Part shown: one piece after another, positions 62,861 to 64,000 of the stretch
Layout of the letters: the number at the start of each line of letters is the position of its first letter
Position numbering within the stretch: the first letter of the stretch is position 1
NCBI RefSeq assembly: GCF_009914755.1
Contig: NC_060942.1
Length of the DNA stretch: 64,000 nt
From: the human T2T-CHM13v2.0 reference genome, Homo sapiens
Reading direction: 5' to 3' (one strand)
Position numbers and translations under genes: made by a program
Notes under the pieces: model-generated
What the model was told of the DNA's origin: nothing
Databases searched by the model: none
Seen by the model: only the letters and a program-made list of their open reading frames with translations

Positions 62861-64000
62861 ATCATGCTGAGCTCACCGTTTTCCAGTTCCTACTTTCACT
62901 TCACAATAGCTCTTGGCCATCTTCCACCACAGTGTATTTAGAGTGACTCTATAAATAGAACGATTTCTAATGCACCTTTCAGATTTCAACTCTTTAAATA
63001 AATGCGACAAGGGCACATCTCGTGGTCCAAGGTCGTGACTGCTAAGGCCCAGAGAACACAACAAATTTGCTGGCTTCAGCCGTGCTGACCTGCTGGAAGA
63101 TGGGTACAGGCTCCTAAGTGGATGCTGCCATTTGTGCGCCTCCCAGCCACGCACCCCACCCTCATATACACACTATCCCTCGAGGAACATTTACCTTCCT
63201 TCCCGCCCCAGGTGTTTGTGACTTGGTGGGTAGTGGGTGACAGAGATGCACCTGTGTCTTCAGAACACAGGCCACTGAAGGACAGCAGGCCCGGGGCTGG
63301 TGGGGGCCTGAGCATGCCCTCCCTCACCAGGCTGACCAGGCTTGCATGCAGTGGGGCAGAGGCAGTGGAACTATCCAGAAAACATGCCCATCCCCCCGCC
63401 CAAGCCATCACAATGGGAGCTGAGTACAGGGTCACTAGGACAAAGAGTGAATGGAACCATCTTGAAAACAGCGGTGATGTTTCCTGTCTCCGCTGGCACA
63501 GGCCTCCGTGGAGCCCACGTTCTTTTCACAGAGTTCAAGTTGCTCAAAGAAATAAGGAGAGGCCACTTGTGAGCAGTGGTCCTCCAGGTGAAACCCAGAG
63601 GGCGTCGGGATGCCCACAGGTTCCTCAGGAAACTCATGCGGGGAGACATGGGGGTGCCAGGGACACGCCTCCACCCCACCATGGCTGCCCATAGCAGGGT
63701 CCGTGGCAAAGGGACCAGGTGGCCCATGGGTTAGTGGGAGCAGATGCCCAACCACCTCCTCCAGGCCCCACTGCCCCCTTGGGCCACCACAGAGACCTCC
63801 AACTTCTCCATCCTCTCTGTCTCTCCCTCTCTCTCCCCACTTGCTCTCTTCCTCAAGGGCCCTTTCCCTGTCAACTACCACTGGCACCCGGCTGGAGGAA
63901 CAGGGCAGGTTTGCCTGTTAGTACCTGCGGCAACTCATCCCCCAGCCCCTATCTTTGAGGCGATCCCATTTTCCTCCTGTATTCCCTGAGCTTGACACAG

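Noticed and set aside
63076-63989. Cluster of overlapping ORFs up to 190 aa
   Set aside because: GC-richer sequence with open frames on both strands, no recognisable domain and no exon support

Overview
This window is mammalian genomic DNA, almost certainly human. It is not prokaryotic: it is rich in Alu and L1 elements and has GT-AG introns. It carries the 3' two-thirds of MALT1 (paracaspase; chr18q21 from recall) on the + strand. Coding exons 4-17 (numbering from the recalled 17-exon, 824-aa model) splice in frame from IPNGNTSEL to ...DRLRISEK-stop at 48959-48961. They include the alternatively spliced 33-nt exon 7 and the catalytic His415/Cys464 codons. A largely L1/Tigger/Alu-derived 3' UTR region and about 8 kb of downstream, repeat-rich sequence follow. 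Nearly all other ORFs in the track are Alu/L1 or chance frames, and I see no new protein-coding system. The most unusual signals are structural or regulatory: (1) a 376-bp, 98.7% identical inverted repeat with a 306-bp spacer; (2) several locally templated insertions of different ages; (3) a MER41 LTR with two intact GAS motifs 6 bp apart; (4) an L1 insertion that appears to have duplicated and rebuilt the exon 13 branch point; (5) an L1 3' transduction; (6) 3' UTR polyA signals and miRNA seeds supplied by an L1 fossil. Repeat subfamily names come from recalled consensus sequences and repeat boundaries are approximate.
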